In this document: positions 6,985-15,423 of the stretch, piece after piece
Position numbering within the stretch: position 1 is the first letter of the stretch
Layout of the letters: each line of letters opens with the position of its first letter
Source: a virus
Length of the DNA: 37,217 bases
UHGV virus genome: UHGV-0221952
Direction: 5' to 3' (one strand)
Notes under the pieces: generated by a model
Database searches by the model: none
What the model saw: only the letters and a program-made list of their open reading frames with translations
What the model was told of the DNA's origin: nothing
Translations under genes and position numbers: made by a program

Positions 6985-8853
6985 TTATTGAAATGGCAAC
7001 TCCTCTTGTGTCTCATCGATGCTCGCGAATCCATCATCATCCACATTTTCTTCCTGATTCAGTTGTAAGAACACACACCTCGAGTTTTTCCCGTCAATCT
7101 TCTTCTGCTTTGTATGATTTCCTTTGCTGTCCTGCTGGATAATTCCTTTCTTCGCCGCCCACGAAAGAAAAGATTTTTTAGAAAATCCACCATCTTTGCA
7201 AATCTGGTCAAACGCAGAATTGTAAAATATTGCATATCCATTCTCAACAATTCCCCACTTTTCGCAGTTCGTCATTGCATCAAACCGATGTCCATTCATT
7301 GCCACCTTGTCCTGGATGAAATGATAGCAGCGCTCATTGTCTGAAAGCTCGTTTCGGTCTATAAGCACCTTTTTCGCCTCTTCCACGGAAATATATTGCC
7401 CATCCTTAAAGATATAGTCTGTGGCTATTTTATCTGCTGTAAGAACGATAGAAAGCGAAATACTCTGCTTCTGCATCTTGTCCGTATCTAAAAGTTGTTT
7501 TTGAAATTCTTTCTGAATAGAACGAATCTCGTCCTCACCGAGTTCCTTTATAATCTCCACAAACTCTTTCCCTGCATGTCCATAATTTTTCTTCACTGTT
7601 TCTGCCGTCTTCTGTGGATCTTGATATATTTTCTCACCGCACTCGACCTCTAAGATTCTGTTAATTGCTCCACCTTGATTGACGTAACTGCTTAATGGTC
7701 GTTCTCCATTGCAGATCATCACGTTTCTCCAGCGGTTTTCTCGATTGATTCCAAGTTCTTTGTTAGACCGGCTCTTCCCTTTCCCTGAACACAGATCGTA
7801 AACAATTCCTTCAAAATTGTCTCTGATTCTCGCTGAGGTTTTACTTGTATCATCGAGAAACATCGGGAGATGATTCAGCATATCCGCCTTTGCTTCCAGC
7901 GCAACATCTGTAGTTTTAAAATCTCCAATATATCTGCTCTCATCTGGATTCGCCCACACGGAAGCAGCGACCATCAAAGATACTGTCTTTCCTCCCTCTG
8001 TTTCTCCCCATAAGTCCACGAAAAACGGGAGCCCGCCAAGAACTTGCACTAATACACTGGAAAATGATGCAGCTAATAGAAATTTCACTTCCATCCTGCC
8101 AGATGCTCGAAGCTCCCGGACATGCCTTAGCCACACATCAAAACTTCCATGATCTGAAACACTCTCAAAAGCTTGTTTGAAGCGATTATCACCATCAAAG
8201 ATAATGTCTGTATCATAGGGGATAAACTGATCGTTAATCCATCCTAGCTTACTTGTGGAGTATTGCACATCTATGTAGTCATCATTTCCATTTTCCACGT
8301 CAGCGAGATACTTGACCAACAGCTTTGCATTTTCTGATGTGACAGATATTCCTCTTCCGGACAGCGCCACAATCTTATTCGCCGATGTAATCATTGTCTT
8401 TGGCACAACAATGTCCTGCCATTGATTATTTCGTTTGTATGCCAACTTGATCTGCTCTTCTCCAGTCTCGAGATTACGCAGCCTCTCCACTGGCAGAATC
8501 GGGTGATAGCAGGCTACCTCATCAACTCTTCCGGAATTCTGAGCAAAGACTCCTCGATCATCTGCTATCCATGCACCGCAATACATCCGATCATGAGGTC
8601 CCGTGAAGTTCGTGTAATTATCCACTGTGCAGACAGTTCTGTTTTCCTGCTCCTGCCTTTTCATTTCTCGATCTGCCTGGTTGTACCCCTTTAATATCTC
8701 TTCAAAATCTGATTTAACTCCCAGCTGCTTAGCTCTCCTAGTGAGTTGAACCTTTGTTTTCGACCGGAGAATCGGATCTTCCATCTCAAACAGCTCGATG
8801 AAAACTTCATCATCCAATATGCTGTCCGCATCAAATTCGCTCATCTCTTTCAC
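6985..8853 (-). CDS. DUF927-family replicative helicase
   Basis: Walker A WGETEGGKT, Walker B PMFLDD, YDLCSGKGKSR, ICNGE. Confidence 0.9.
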   Translation of the reverse strand: MKEMSEFDADSILDDEVFIELFEMEDPILRSKTKVQLTRRAKQLGVKSDFEEILKGYNQADREMKRQEQENRTVCTVDNYTNFTGPHDRMYCGAWIADDRGVFAQNSGRVDEVACYHPILPVERLRNLETGEEQIKLAYKRNNQWQDIVVPKTMITSANKIVALSGRGISVTSENAKLLVKYLADVENGNDDYIDVQYSTSKLGWINDQFIPYDTDIIFDGDNRFKQAFESVSDHGSFDVWLRHVRELRASGRMEVKFLLAASFSSVLVQVLGGLPFFVDLWGETEGGKTVSLMVAASVWANPDESRYIGDFKTTDVALEAKADMLNHLPMFLDDTSKTSARIRDNFEGIVYDLCSGKGKSRSNKELGINRENRWRNVMICNGERPLSSYVNQGGAINRILEVECGEKIYQDPQKTAETVKKNYGHAGKEFVEIIKELGEDEIRSIQKEFQKQLLDTDKMQKQSISLSIVLTADKIATDYIFKDGQYISVEEAKKVLIDRNELSDNERCYHFIQDKVAMNGHRFDAMTNCEKWGIVENGYAIFYNSAFDQICKDGGFSKKSFLSWAAKKGIIQQDSKGNHTKQKKIDGKNSRCVFLQLNQEENVDDDGFASIDETQEELPFQ

Positions 8854-9341
8854 ATTCTCACCTCCTCACTGTTTAAAATATCATGCAGGTATAACTGATA
8901 TTGCAGAGCATTGTAGCAGTCACACCAAGTCTCGCTGAATGGCTCTGATCGATTCATATAGTCGCGATACACATCAATCAGTACATTATTAAGCTCTCTT
9001 CTTTTTTTAAGTTTATCTTGTTCTTTTTTCCGCTGATCTGCTTTCTTTTTACTCCGGTATACAGCCAGCTTCGAGTGAAATGTTGGCTTATCATAAGTCC
9101 CTCCAAGACTTTGAAAAGCCTCTTTAAAATCAACCCGGTCCATCATTTGAACAAACGTGAATATATCTCCATTTGCCCCGCACCCAAAGCAATGAAAACT
9201 ATCCTGATAGATTTTCAATGATGCTCCCCGATCCCCTTGGTGGAATGGGCAGTGAATAAATCCCGCCCGATCCACTTGGAATCCGTACCGCTCTGCAATT
9301 TCCCTCATACTGTATGTTTTCTTAATCTCTTCCTTATTCAT
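8850..9341 (-). CDS. CHC2 zinc-finger primase-like protein
   Basis: CPFH…FHCFGCGANGDIFTFV. Confidence 0.9.
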   Translation of the reverse strand: MNKEEIKKTYSMREIAERYGFQVDRAGFIHCPFHQGDRGASLKIYQDSFHCFGCGANGDIFTFVQMMDRVDFKEAFQSLGGTYDKPTFHSKLAVYRSKKKADQRKKEQDKLKKRRELNNVLIDVYRDYMNRSEPFSETWCDCYNALQYQLYLHDILNSEEVRM

Positions 9342-9843
9342 TTTTCCTGCCTAACAATTCAATGATTTTCTTTCCGGTGTCTTTTTTCTCGCAAAATTCG
9401 AACCTCACATTGTATCGATCTCTGATGGTACAAAGAGATTTATAAAGCTGATCACCATCCACCGCCTTAGCTGACACCACATATCTTTCCCTTTTTTCAT
9501 TTACGGTTCGGAAGCGTACTTCGTGTTTCCGCGGATTCTTCCAAAAATAAACATCTTCGATGTTATTTATGCCTTGTCCGTGTTCAACCAATATAATGAG
9601 TTGTATTCCCGCATCCATTGCTCTAAGCAGCTCTCTCTTAAACCTTTCATGTTGCTGGCAAACATTTCCGCAAAGCTCCTGTAGGTTTTGTTTTCTGTCA
9701 ATGATCAGCCGGGGATTGTCCAAAGACATGTAATCCCCAACTAATAACTTACTAGAAAAGTATTTGACTCCACTCTCATCAAAAGTCTTTACAATTTTCC
9801 TAATTGCTCTTGCCTTTTCCCGGCTATCAATTTGTATATCCAT
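9334..9843 (-). CDS. ERCC4-domain nuclease (putative resolvase)
   Basis: IDSREK…LLVGDY…IDRKQNLQEL…ERFKREL. Confidence 0.88.
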   Translation of the reverse strand: MDIQIDSREKARAIRKIVKTFDESGVKYFSSKLLVGDYMSLDNPRLIIDRKQNLQELCGNVCQQHERFKRELLRAMDAGIQLIILVEHGQGINNIEDVYFWKNPRKHEVRFRTVNEKRERYVVSAKAVDGDQLYKSLCTIRDRYNVRFEFCEKKDTGKKIIELLGRKNE

Positions 9844-9854
9844 CTATTCCACCT

Positions 9855-10457
9855 CTATGCAAACGGAAGTTCTTCATCGATTCCATCAGGAATATTCATA
9901 AATCCATCCCCTGCGGAAGTTGAATTTGGATGATATCCGTTAAGATGATTCTTATATGCTTGTGTTTCCGACATATCTGGCACTTGTGCATCTTTTACTT
10001 TGTCAGCAGACGTAAACCATCTAAGAACTCTCTTCTCGATTTCTTTTCCGTTGTAATAATCCATTTGCGGTCCAAACACTCCACCAATTGCTTTATTTTT
10101 AAACTGTTGCTCGAAGTTGTCTCCCCATTGCACTTCCATTTTGTTGGAATGCTCTACGCAAGTAATGAATGTTTTAAATGACCTGCTACAATTTCCATCA
10201 GCATCCTCTGTCAAGATGTACTGAGTCGCTTGATTTGGCCATTTTTTATCCGGTCTGATATCATCTCTAAACATTTTTTCAAAGTATCCTGGCTGCTTAT
10301 CATTCTTTGCAAAATCGAAAGAAATTCTGATCATATCTTTCCCATTCTTGGACTTCATCTCCGTAACATCCTTAATTACCATGATATGTCCTCCAAGTTC
10401 TACCGGAGTAAAATCTCCCTGCGCTTTTGTATTATCAAAATTATTTGGCTTTCTCAT
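9855..10457 (-). CDS. Single-stranded DNA-binding protein (DUF669-like)
   Basis: Follows the Sak4-like ATPase; acidic tail …DGIDEELPFA. Confidence 0.75.
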   Translation of the reverse strand: MRKPNNFDNTKAQGDFTPVELGGHIMVIKDVTEMKSKNGKDMIRISFDFAKNDKQPGYFEKMFRDDIRPDKKWPNQATQYILTEDADGNCSRSFKTFITCVEHSNKMEVQWGDNFEQQFKNKAIGGVFGPQMDYYNGKEIEKRVLRWFTSADKVKDAQVPDMSETQAYKNHLNGYHPNSTSAGDGFMNIPDGIDEELPFA

Positions 10458-10459
10458 AT

Positions 10460-11101
10460 TTAAAATTCCTCCAATGCTTTAATTACTTCTACGATGTCAT
10501 TATCAATCTCAAATTCCTCGAATGCTCCTAAAGGAGATTTCGCTGTGCTATTGTTTGCTCTCGTTTCAAACTTATACTGCCCATCAACACATTTGCTGAG
10601 AAGGACTGTTGTAAATTTACTTTCCAGCACAATCTTGTCCAATTTCTTACCAGACGTCTTAATCCGTGTGAACATGTAACCATTCTCGTCATGATCCGTT
10701 TGAGTGTGAGCGGTGAAGACGATTGTCAGATCATCACGATATGTATAACATTCACAAACCAGATCCCACACACATGCGGCTAGATCCACCCATTTATCAT
10801 ATCCTTTTTCCTTGCTTCTCCTCATTTCGTCTGCAACCATAAGTCCATTGATTGTGTCAACCACAATAACTTTAATGTTAGGACAACCTTCTGCCAGTCT
10901 CTTAATAAACGTTCTAACAACATTGGCATCGTCTGTTGCTTTATAGTTCTTGTTATCAGTGTTATATTGACTTCTCCAACCTTTCCAAGACAATCCTTTG
11001 CAGTCTGCGTCAATGTAGAATGTTGTCTTTGGATCTAAATTTCTCATGCTTGTTGTTTTTCCGGATCCTGATTCTCCCATAATGCAAATTACTTTACTCA
11101 T
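10460..11101 (-). CDS. AAA_24 / Sak4-like ssDNA annealing ATPase
   Basis: GESGSGKTTS, IVVDT, TAH motifs. Confidence 0.85.
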   Translation of the reverse strand: MSKVICIMGESGSGKTTSMRNLDPKTTFYIDADCKGLSWKGWRSQYNTDNKNYKATDDANVVRTFIKRLAEGCPNIKVIVVDTINGLMVADEMRRSKEKGYDKWVDLAACVWDLVCECYTYRDDLTIVFTAHTQTDHDENGYMFTRIKTSGKKLDKIVLESKFTTVLLSKCVDGQYKFETRANNSTAKSPLGAFEEFEIDNDIVEVIKALEEF

Positions 11102-11104
11102 CTT

Positions 11105-11302
11105 CTAATCCTCCTTATCGAATACCACGCGATCTACTGATTCTAAAATAATTAAGCTAGCCAGTTCTTTCATTGACAGCGTACTTTCGTTGTAAATATC
11201 AACCAGTGCATTGTATGCCTCCTCGGAAACTCGAACCACTGTCTGATTTCTTACATACTCTTTCTTCCTTGACGGAATATGAATTTTCCCATCTTTTCTC
11301 AT
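11105..11302 (-). CDS. Small ribbon-helix-helix-like protein
   Basis: VVRVSEEAYNAL…SMKELASLII. Confidence 0.65.
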   Translation of the reverse strand: MRKDGKIHIPSRKKEYVRNQTVVRVSEEAYNALVDIYNESTLSMKELASLIILESVDRVVFDKED

Positions 11303-11311
11303 AGCTTTCTC

Positions 11312-11797
11312 CTACTTAATCTGAATATTTTTCCCTTCAACAAGCCGCACTCCCTGCAAATCAATCCCTTCTTTCAGAGCCTTTTTGATTTTTGTCTTAT
11401 CAGCTGTCGGCTCCGCATATTTCAGATAATCATCATCTATCTTTGAGATATCCGTAACTTCCACACTTTCCGACTTCCGGAAGGCGATTTTTACCTTGCT
11501 TGTCTCAAATTTCTGCCCTGCAAGTGCGCCTGCTAAGTATTTTTTAAGGGATGCCGCTCTGTTTTCCGCTGCCTTTTGGCGCTGTGCAAACACCTCTTTT
11601 TCCTTTTTAAGCACCTCCGCATCCGCTAGGAGATTCTTAATCCACAAAGCAATTCCCTCAACCTTCTCATCACGCTCCATTTCTAGTTTAGCTAACTCTT
11701 CAAGTGCCTTTTCACTGAGAATTTCCCCTGTTTCCGCATCGATTCCTCTTTCAAACGCTGCTACAATCGATTCGTTAATTTCATATAAATTTGCCAT
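11312..11797 (-). CDS. Siphovirus Gp157 family protein
   Basis: MANLYEI…KVEGIALWIKNL…DKTKIKKALKEG…LVEGKNIQIK. Confidence 0.92.
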   Translation of the reverse strand: MANLYEINESIVAAFERGIDAETGEILSEKALEELAKLEMERDEKVEGIALWIKNLLADAEVLKKEKEVFAQRQKAAENRAASLKKYLAGALAGQKFETSKVKIAFRKSESVEVTDISKIDDDYLKYAEPTADKTKIKKALKEGIDLQGVRLVEGKNIQIK

Positions 11798-11967
11798 TAT
11801 TGTTCTTCCTCCTCTGTTTTTTCTATTCCAAGAATTGCCAACATTGTTTTCTCGACTGTTGTCATATATCCGTCATTATCAAAACTATTGATGTACCGCT
11901 CCACCGCTCGAATCAACTCTACTGCCATCTCTGCCGGTATATCATCATTAAATTCCCATTTTTTCAT
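11797..11967 (-). CDS. 56-aa hypothetical protein (MKKWEFNDDIPAEM…)
   Basis: Read from sequence; abuts both neighbours (TAG-ATG, TAATG). Confidence 0.7.
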   Translation of the reverse strand: MKKWEFNDDIPAEMAVELIRAVERYINSFDNDGYMTTVEKTMLAILGIEKTEEEEQ

Positions 11968-12591
11968 CTATGCTTCCTCCTTCGAAAATCTAAATTCCAT
12001 AAGATCTGCAACCATCAAATACTCTTTCGCAGTCTTACTATCGCCGTGAGTCTCTTTTACTTTCTTTCTAAAATCATCTAAAGTGCCGTAAAAACATCCG
12101 CATCTCACACCAATATCTCCTGCTTTTGTCCTAAAAAATGTAGTTGCGCGATATTCTGAGCCAAACCCCTGCACTGTTGCATAATCAGCATTGCCGAACA
12201 CCCTAGCATTGCCGGACACCTCAGCATCGCCGAACACCCTAGCATTGCCGGACACCTCAGCATCGCCGAACACCCTAGCATTGCCGGACACCTCAGCATT
12301 GCCGTACACCCTAGCATTGCCGAACACCCTAGCATTGCCGGACACCTCAGCATCGCCGAACACCCTAGCATTGCCGTACACCCTAGCATCGCCGGACACC
12401 TCAGCATTGCCGTACACCCTAGCATCGCCGTACACCCAAGCATTGCCATCATTGCTAAGGTTCTCTTCTTTCTCCACATATCCACCAAGTTCTCCCTCTT
12501 TCACGTTCCCAAAAGAGATCAGCGCCTTGATTCTAAATAGCTTCTTTCCTAAAAAAGTCACAAATTCATTGGTTAATTCAAATTTTTTCAT
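11968..12591 (-). CDS. Hexapeptide-repeat (left-handed beta-helix-like) protein
   Basis: 14 x G[ND]A[REW]V[YSF]; flanks LFRIKAL…GELGGYVEKE and VRCGCFYGTL. Confidence 0.88.
   Translation of the reverse strand: MKKFELTNEFVTFLGKKLFRIKALISFGNVKEGELGGYVEKEENLSNDGNAWVYGDARVYGNAEVSGDARVYGNARVFGDAEVSGNARVFGNARVYGNAEVSGNARVFGDAEVSGNARVFGDAEVSGNARVFGNADYATVQGFGSEYRATTFFRTKAGDIGVRCGCFYGTLDDFRKKVKETHGDSKTAKEYLMVADLMEFRFSKEEA
12187..12447. repeat. 18-bp tandem repeat array (about 14.5 units)
   Basis: Units such as AGCATTGCCGAACACCCT and AGCATTGCCGGACACCTC. Confidence 0.95.
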
Positions 12592-12592
12592 C

Positions 12593-12680
12593 TTGATTTT
12601 CCTCCTATTATCGTTTATCCTGTAATTGGATTATTTGATAAGGGCGCTTAATAGTTTGCAGACCGTGCGCTCTTTTTTAC
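12593..12680 (+). ncRNA. Putative short antisense RNA unit in the early operon
   Basis: TTGATT-17-TATCCT promoter overlapping the RBS of 12591, then hairpin AGGGCGC…GCGCTCT plus T tract. Confidence 0.45.
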
Positions 12681-12830
12681 TGGGTGAGAGATGTTGATCA
12701 GCTTCAAATCCTCCAACCCTTTCTTCTTTTCCTGCTGATGTGGAAATGGAATAATATCTCCCATCGGCTCACTCTTCTTTTCGTATTGCTCGATTTTTCC
12801 ATGCTTATTAAAAAATCCTAGAATGCTCAT
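12648..12830 (-). CDS. Hypothetical protein, 60 aa
   Basis: RBS AAAGGAGG. Confidence 0.65.
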   Translation of the reverse strand: MSILGFFNKHGKIEQYEKKSEPMGDIIPFPHQQEKKKGLEDLKLINISHPVKKSARSANY

Positions 12831-12854
12831 GCTTGTCCGCCTCCTTTCTACCGC

Positions 12855-12968
12855 CTAAGCGGTTTTCTCTTCTGTAATCTTTTCAAGTGTGTAGTCAATT
12901 TCTACATGTTCCTGCTCCTCTATTAAGGAGATCAATACCGCTATGATTTTTTCCATATCCGGCTTCAT
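12855..12968 (-). CDS. 37-aa protein MKPDMEKIIAVLISLIEEQEHVEIDYTLEKITEEKTA
   Basis: Read from sequence; RBS GAGGTGA. Confidence 0.7.
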   Translation of the reverse strand: MKPDMEKIIAVLISLIEEQEHVEIDYTLEKITEEKTA

Positions 12969-13101
12969 TTCTCATCACCTCTCTTAAAGATATGCTCCGC
13001 TGTTTGTCCTTGTTTCGCGTTCTTTTCGCGAAGCTTGTACACGGATACATCCTGCTGCTCTCGAGGCAGTTATTGTATTTCCTGCAATCTTTACAAGTCA
13101 T
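12895..13101 (-). CDS. Small Cys-rich protein (CxxC…C…C)
   Basis: MTCKDCRKYNNCLESSRMYPCTSF. The C-terminus overlaps the next gene. Confidence 0.55.
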   Translation of the reverse strand: MTCKDCRKYNNCLESSRMYPCTSFAKRTRNKDKQRSISLREVMRNEAGYGKNHSGIDLLNRGAGTCRN

Positions 13102-13103
13102 GA

Positions 13104-13925
13104 TTACGCCGCCTCTGAATCTCTAAAAATCACATGATACCGTTTCTTCTGTCCATCACACTGCGTATACTCAATCTCTCTCGGGTAGCCATGATCTGAA
13201 TACCACTGCTTCACCATATCAATGACCTGTGGGGCATACTTGCGTACAGCTCCTTGCCAGTTGCCTTTAGATTCCCATGTTTCTGTGTACAGCTCTTCCG
13301 ATAAGTCCAATCTACGGATAATCTCGTTCACTGCCTTATCTGCGGGTTTGCCAGAACTCTGATAGTAAAGTCTTGCCTGCCTTGCGATATGTACGGTGTC
13401 ATAATACTGCTGATCTGCCTCAATCATGATTGGGAGATTGACACCTGCCTTTTCGTAGAGCGATTTTGCTGTCAGAAGCTGGATTTTACTGTTGCACCCT
13501 GCTGCCTGAAGCATTGGTGTTAAAATCTTTACTGCATTGTTGACACTGGCAAGACGTTCGTTGCTTTGTTTCTTCTTTGGCATCTCGTAGGATCCAGTCT
13601 TGCGGAGTGTTGGGAGAACTTCATCCGTAACCCAGTCTGTGAATTTTTCTGCGTTAGGTTTACGGCTCTTGAAAACCAACTTATATACACCGCTTTCAGT
13701 AAGGAAATTCTCGCCTGCATTATTCAATTTTCGGATGTTACTATTAGTCACATCCGAATTTCTGACCTTAATAACCTGCTTTTTGTTCATTCTAGATACA
13801 GCTTTTCTTACGGCTTCTCCGCTAAGTTCCAAACATTCTCCGACATGATACGGATTGAATAAAATCTCTCCGTTCAGTTCGAATACCTCTACTTCTCTAC
13901 CCTCAAAAATCATTAATTCGTTCAT
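13104..13925 (-). CDS. BRO-N domain antirepressor-like protein
   Basis: FLTESGVYKLVFKSRKPNAEKFTDWVTDEVLPTLRKTGSY. Confidence 0.92.
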   Translation of the reverse strand: MNELMIFEGREVEVFELNGEILFNPYHVGECLELSGEAVRKAVSRMNKKQVIKVRNSDVTNSNIRKLNNAGENFLTESGVYKLVFKSRKPNAEKFTDWVTDEVLPTLRKTGSYEMPKKKQSNERLASVNNAVKILTPMLQAAGCNSKIQLLTAKSLYEKAGVNLPIMIEADQQYYDTVHIARQARLYYQSSGKPADKAVNEIIRRLDLSEELYTETWESKGNWQGAVRKYAPQVIDMVKQWYSDHGYPREIEYTQCDGQKKRYHVIFRDSEAA

Positions 13926-13934
13926 ATATATCTC

Positions 13935-14102
13935 CTACTCTTCTTTCTTAATAGATTCATCTTTATTCTGCTCCGACTCTTCTGTCACTTTCTTGGATGC
14001 CATCGCTTCGGCGAATCCCAAGAAGTATCCTTTATCCATGTCAGACATTTCCGGCAGTGCATGTGCTACTTTGCGGATAATCTCTTTTTCTTTCTCACTC
14101 AT
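13935..14102 (-). CDS. 55-aa non-HTH protein in the Cro position (MSEKEKEIIRKVAHALPEMSDMDKGYFLGFAEAM…)
   Basis: Read from sequence; RBS GAGGTGA; directly upstream of the BRO gene. Confidence 0.8.
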   Translation of the reverse strand: MSEKEKEIIRKVAHALPEMSDMDKGYFLGFAEAMASKKVTEESEQNKDESIKKEE

Positions 14103-14129
14103 GCTATCACCTCTCTTTCTTTTGTTTTA

Positions 14130-14158
14130 TTGCCATTTGTCTGTGTATCTCCTATAAT
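14130..14158 (+). promoter_or_regulatory. SigA promoter of the antisense moron
   Basis: TTGCCA-17-TATAAT, followed by a leader hairpin AGGCA-CTGCCA-TGCCT. Confidence 0.8.
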
Positions 14159-14208
14159 TTACTTACAAGGCACTGCCATGCCTGAACGCAAAAGAAAGGA
14201 GAATTGTT

Positions 14209-14559
14209 ATGTCTGTTTTTGATAAACTTGAACAAATTAACAAAGAACACAATGATTTTTTACGCAGCCGCCAAAACTATGAAATTCCAGAAGATGATGT
14301 CTTTTCGGATGAAATTATCTCCAAAAAAATTGATGATCTAAAAACGACTATAGCTAAACCTTTGAAACGACATGTGAAAGCAATAGAAAAAATTGCTGAT
14401 TCTGCAAAAACTCAATCTGATATCGCTGTTAAAACCTCTAAAAAGGCTGATATTAAGGGATGGTTTGCTGTAATCATTTCTGCTATAGCACTTTTCATTG
14501 AATTTGTTGTAAATTATTCAGAAATTATCAGCTTTTTAAAATCACTTTTTAATTACTAA
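14209..14559 (+). CDS. 116-aa coiled-coil protein with C-terminal TM anchor (moron)
   Basis: RBS AAAGGAG; TM GWFAVIISAIALFIEFVV; AT-rich. Confidence 0.8.
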   Translation: MSVFDKLEQINKEHNDFLRSRQNYEIPEDDVFSDEIISKKIDDLKTTIAKPLKRHVKAIEKIADSAKTQSDIAVKTSKKADIKGWFAVIISAIALFIEFVVNYSEIISFLKSLFNY

Positions 14560-14709
14560 TTCCACAAACATAATAAACACTAATGTGAATACGGAAAATC
14601 CGAGAGAAAAATTCGCAAGTCTTTTGGATTTTTCTGCTTCTTTTTCTGCGTTAAGCACTACCCATTGCATATCACGAAACTTTATATTTAATGGTTTCTT
14701 TTCATCCAT
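14542..14709 (-). CDS. 55-aa early protein with C-terminal TM (MDEKKPL…SKRLANFSLGFSVFTLVFIMFVELVIKK)
   Basis: Read from sequence; RBS AAGGAAGG; overlaps the convergent moron by 18 nt. Confidence 0.65.
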   Translation of the reverse strand: MDEKKPLNIKFRDMQWVVLNAEKEAEKSKRLANFSLGFSVFTLVFIMFVELVIKK

Positions 14710-14800
14710 CTTTCAATCTTCCTTCCTTATTTTCTGTCCTCTGCATCTTCCCGGCTTGGAACGGGCTTCGGCTGCATTACAGTGCCGGAACGCGTCCGGC

Positions 14801-15022
14801 TTAAACGAATATGAATAACTGGCATCCACAACTCATATCAGCCTTTATAACTTCCTTATTTTCTAATTCTTTTTTAAACTCTTCCATAAAATCAGGAGCG
14901 TTCCGAAAATCATCAAGTGTTCCGCTGTAAAGCACTTCTAACTCTTTTGTATCAATAATTGCCAGACGTTCAATATTTCCTATTGACATATACCCTTTTA
15001 ATACATTTTTCAATTTCTTCAT
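14801..15022 (-). CDS. Immediate-early hypothetical protein, 73 aa
   Basis: RBS AGAGGA. Confidence 0.75.
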   Translation of the reverse strand: MKKLKNVLKGYMSIGNIERLAIIDTKELEVLYSGTLDDFRNAPDFMEEFKKELENKEVIKADMSCGCQLFIFV

Positions 15023-15067
15023 ATTCTTCCTCTTTCTCCCCGTAGCCGATAGGTCAGCGTTTTATGT

Positions 15068-15392
15068 TTACTTTATAATGCGAATGCAAAAATAATGATG
15101 GTATCCATCTTTATATTCCATTTCTTCCATTTCGTCATCCCAACGGCTTGCGCAATGTACTTCTTCATATTCAAAAATAACCGCCGTCACTATTTTTAGG
15201 TTTAACAAAAGGCGTATTACATTCGGTAATTTTGTCTTTGAGAAAACTTCTTAATAAATCAGCTTCTGCTTTATCGTATTTTTCAACCGCTCTTGCCACG
15301 TCTTTAATGATTCCTTTTTCTGTTTTATTTGATGTATACCCATCAATCGTAATTGTGTCTGTTCTTTTGATTGCATCCACATAAGTTAACAT
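15068..15392 (-). CDS. First lytic gene; frame 0 stops at 15171 and a +1 frame continues 34 aa (frameshift or pseudogene)
   Basis: MLTYVDAIK…DGGYF-TGA, then +1 frame EYEEVHCASRWDDEMEEMEYKDGYHHYFCIRIIK-TAA. Confidence 0.6.
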
Positions 15393-15423
15393 TTTCATTT
15401 CCTCGCTTTCGCTTGTGTTGTTT

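Noticed and set aside
12105..12625. Repetitive ORFs 12105-12488 (-) and 12191-12625 (+); possible CRISPR-like array
   Set aside because: These are alternate frames of the 18-bp coding repeat. There are no unique spacers and no cas genes.
15073..15168. Alternative 31-aa ORF MKKYIAQAVG… after the first lytic gene
   Set aside because: No convincing RBS. The +1 continuation of the upstream gene explains the region better, though this ORF is not excluded.
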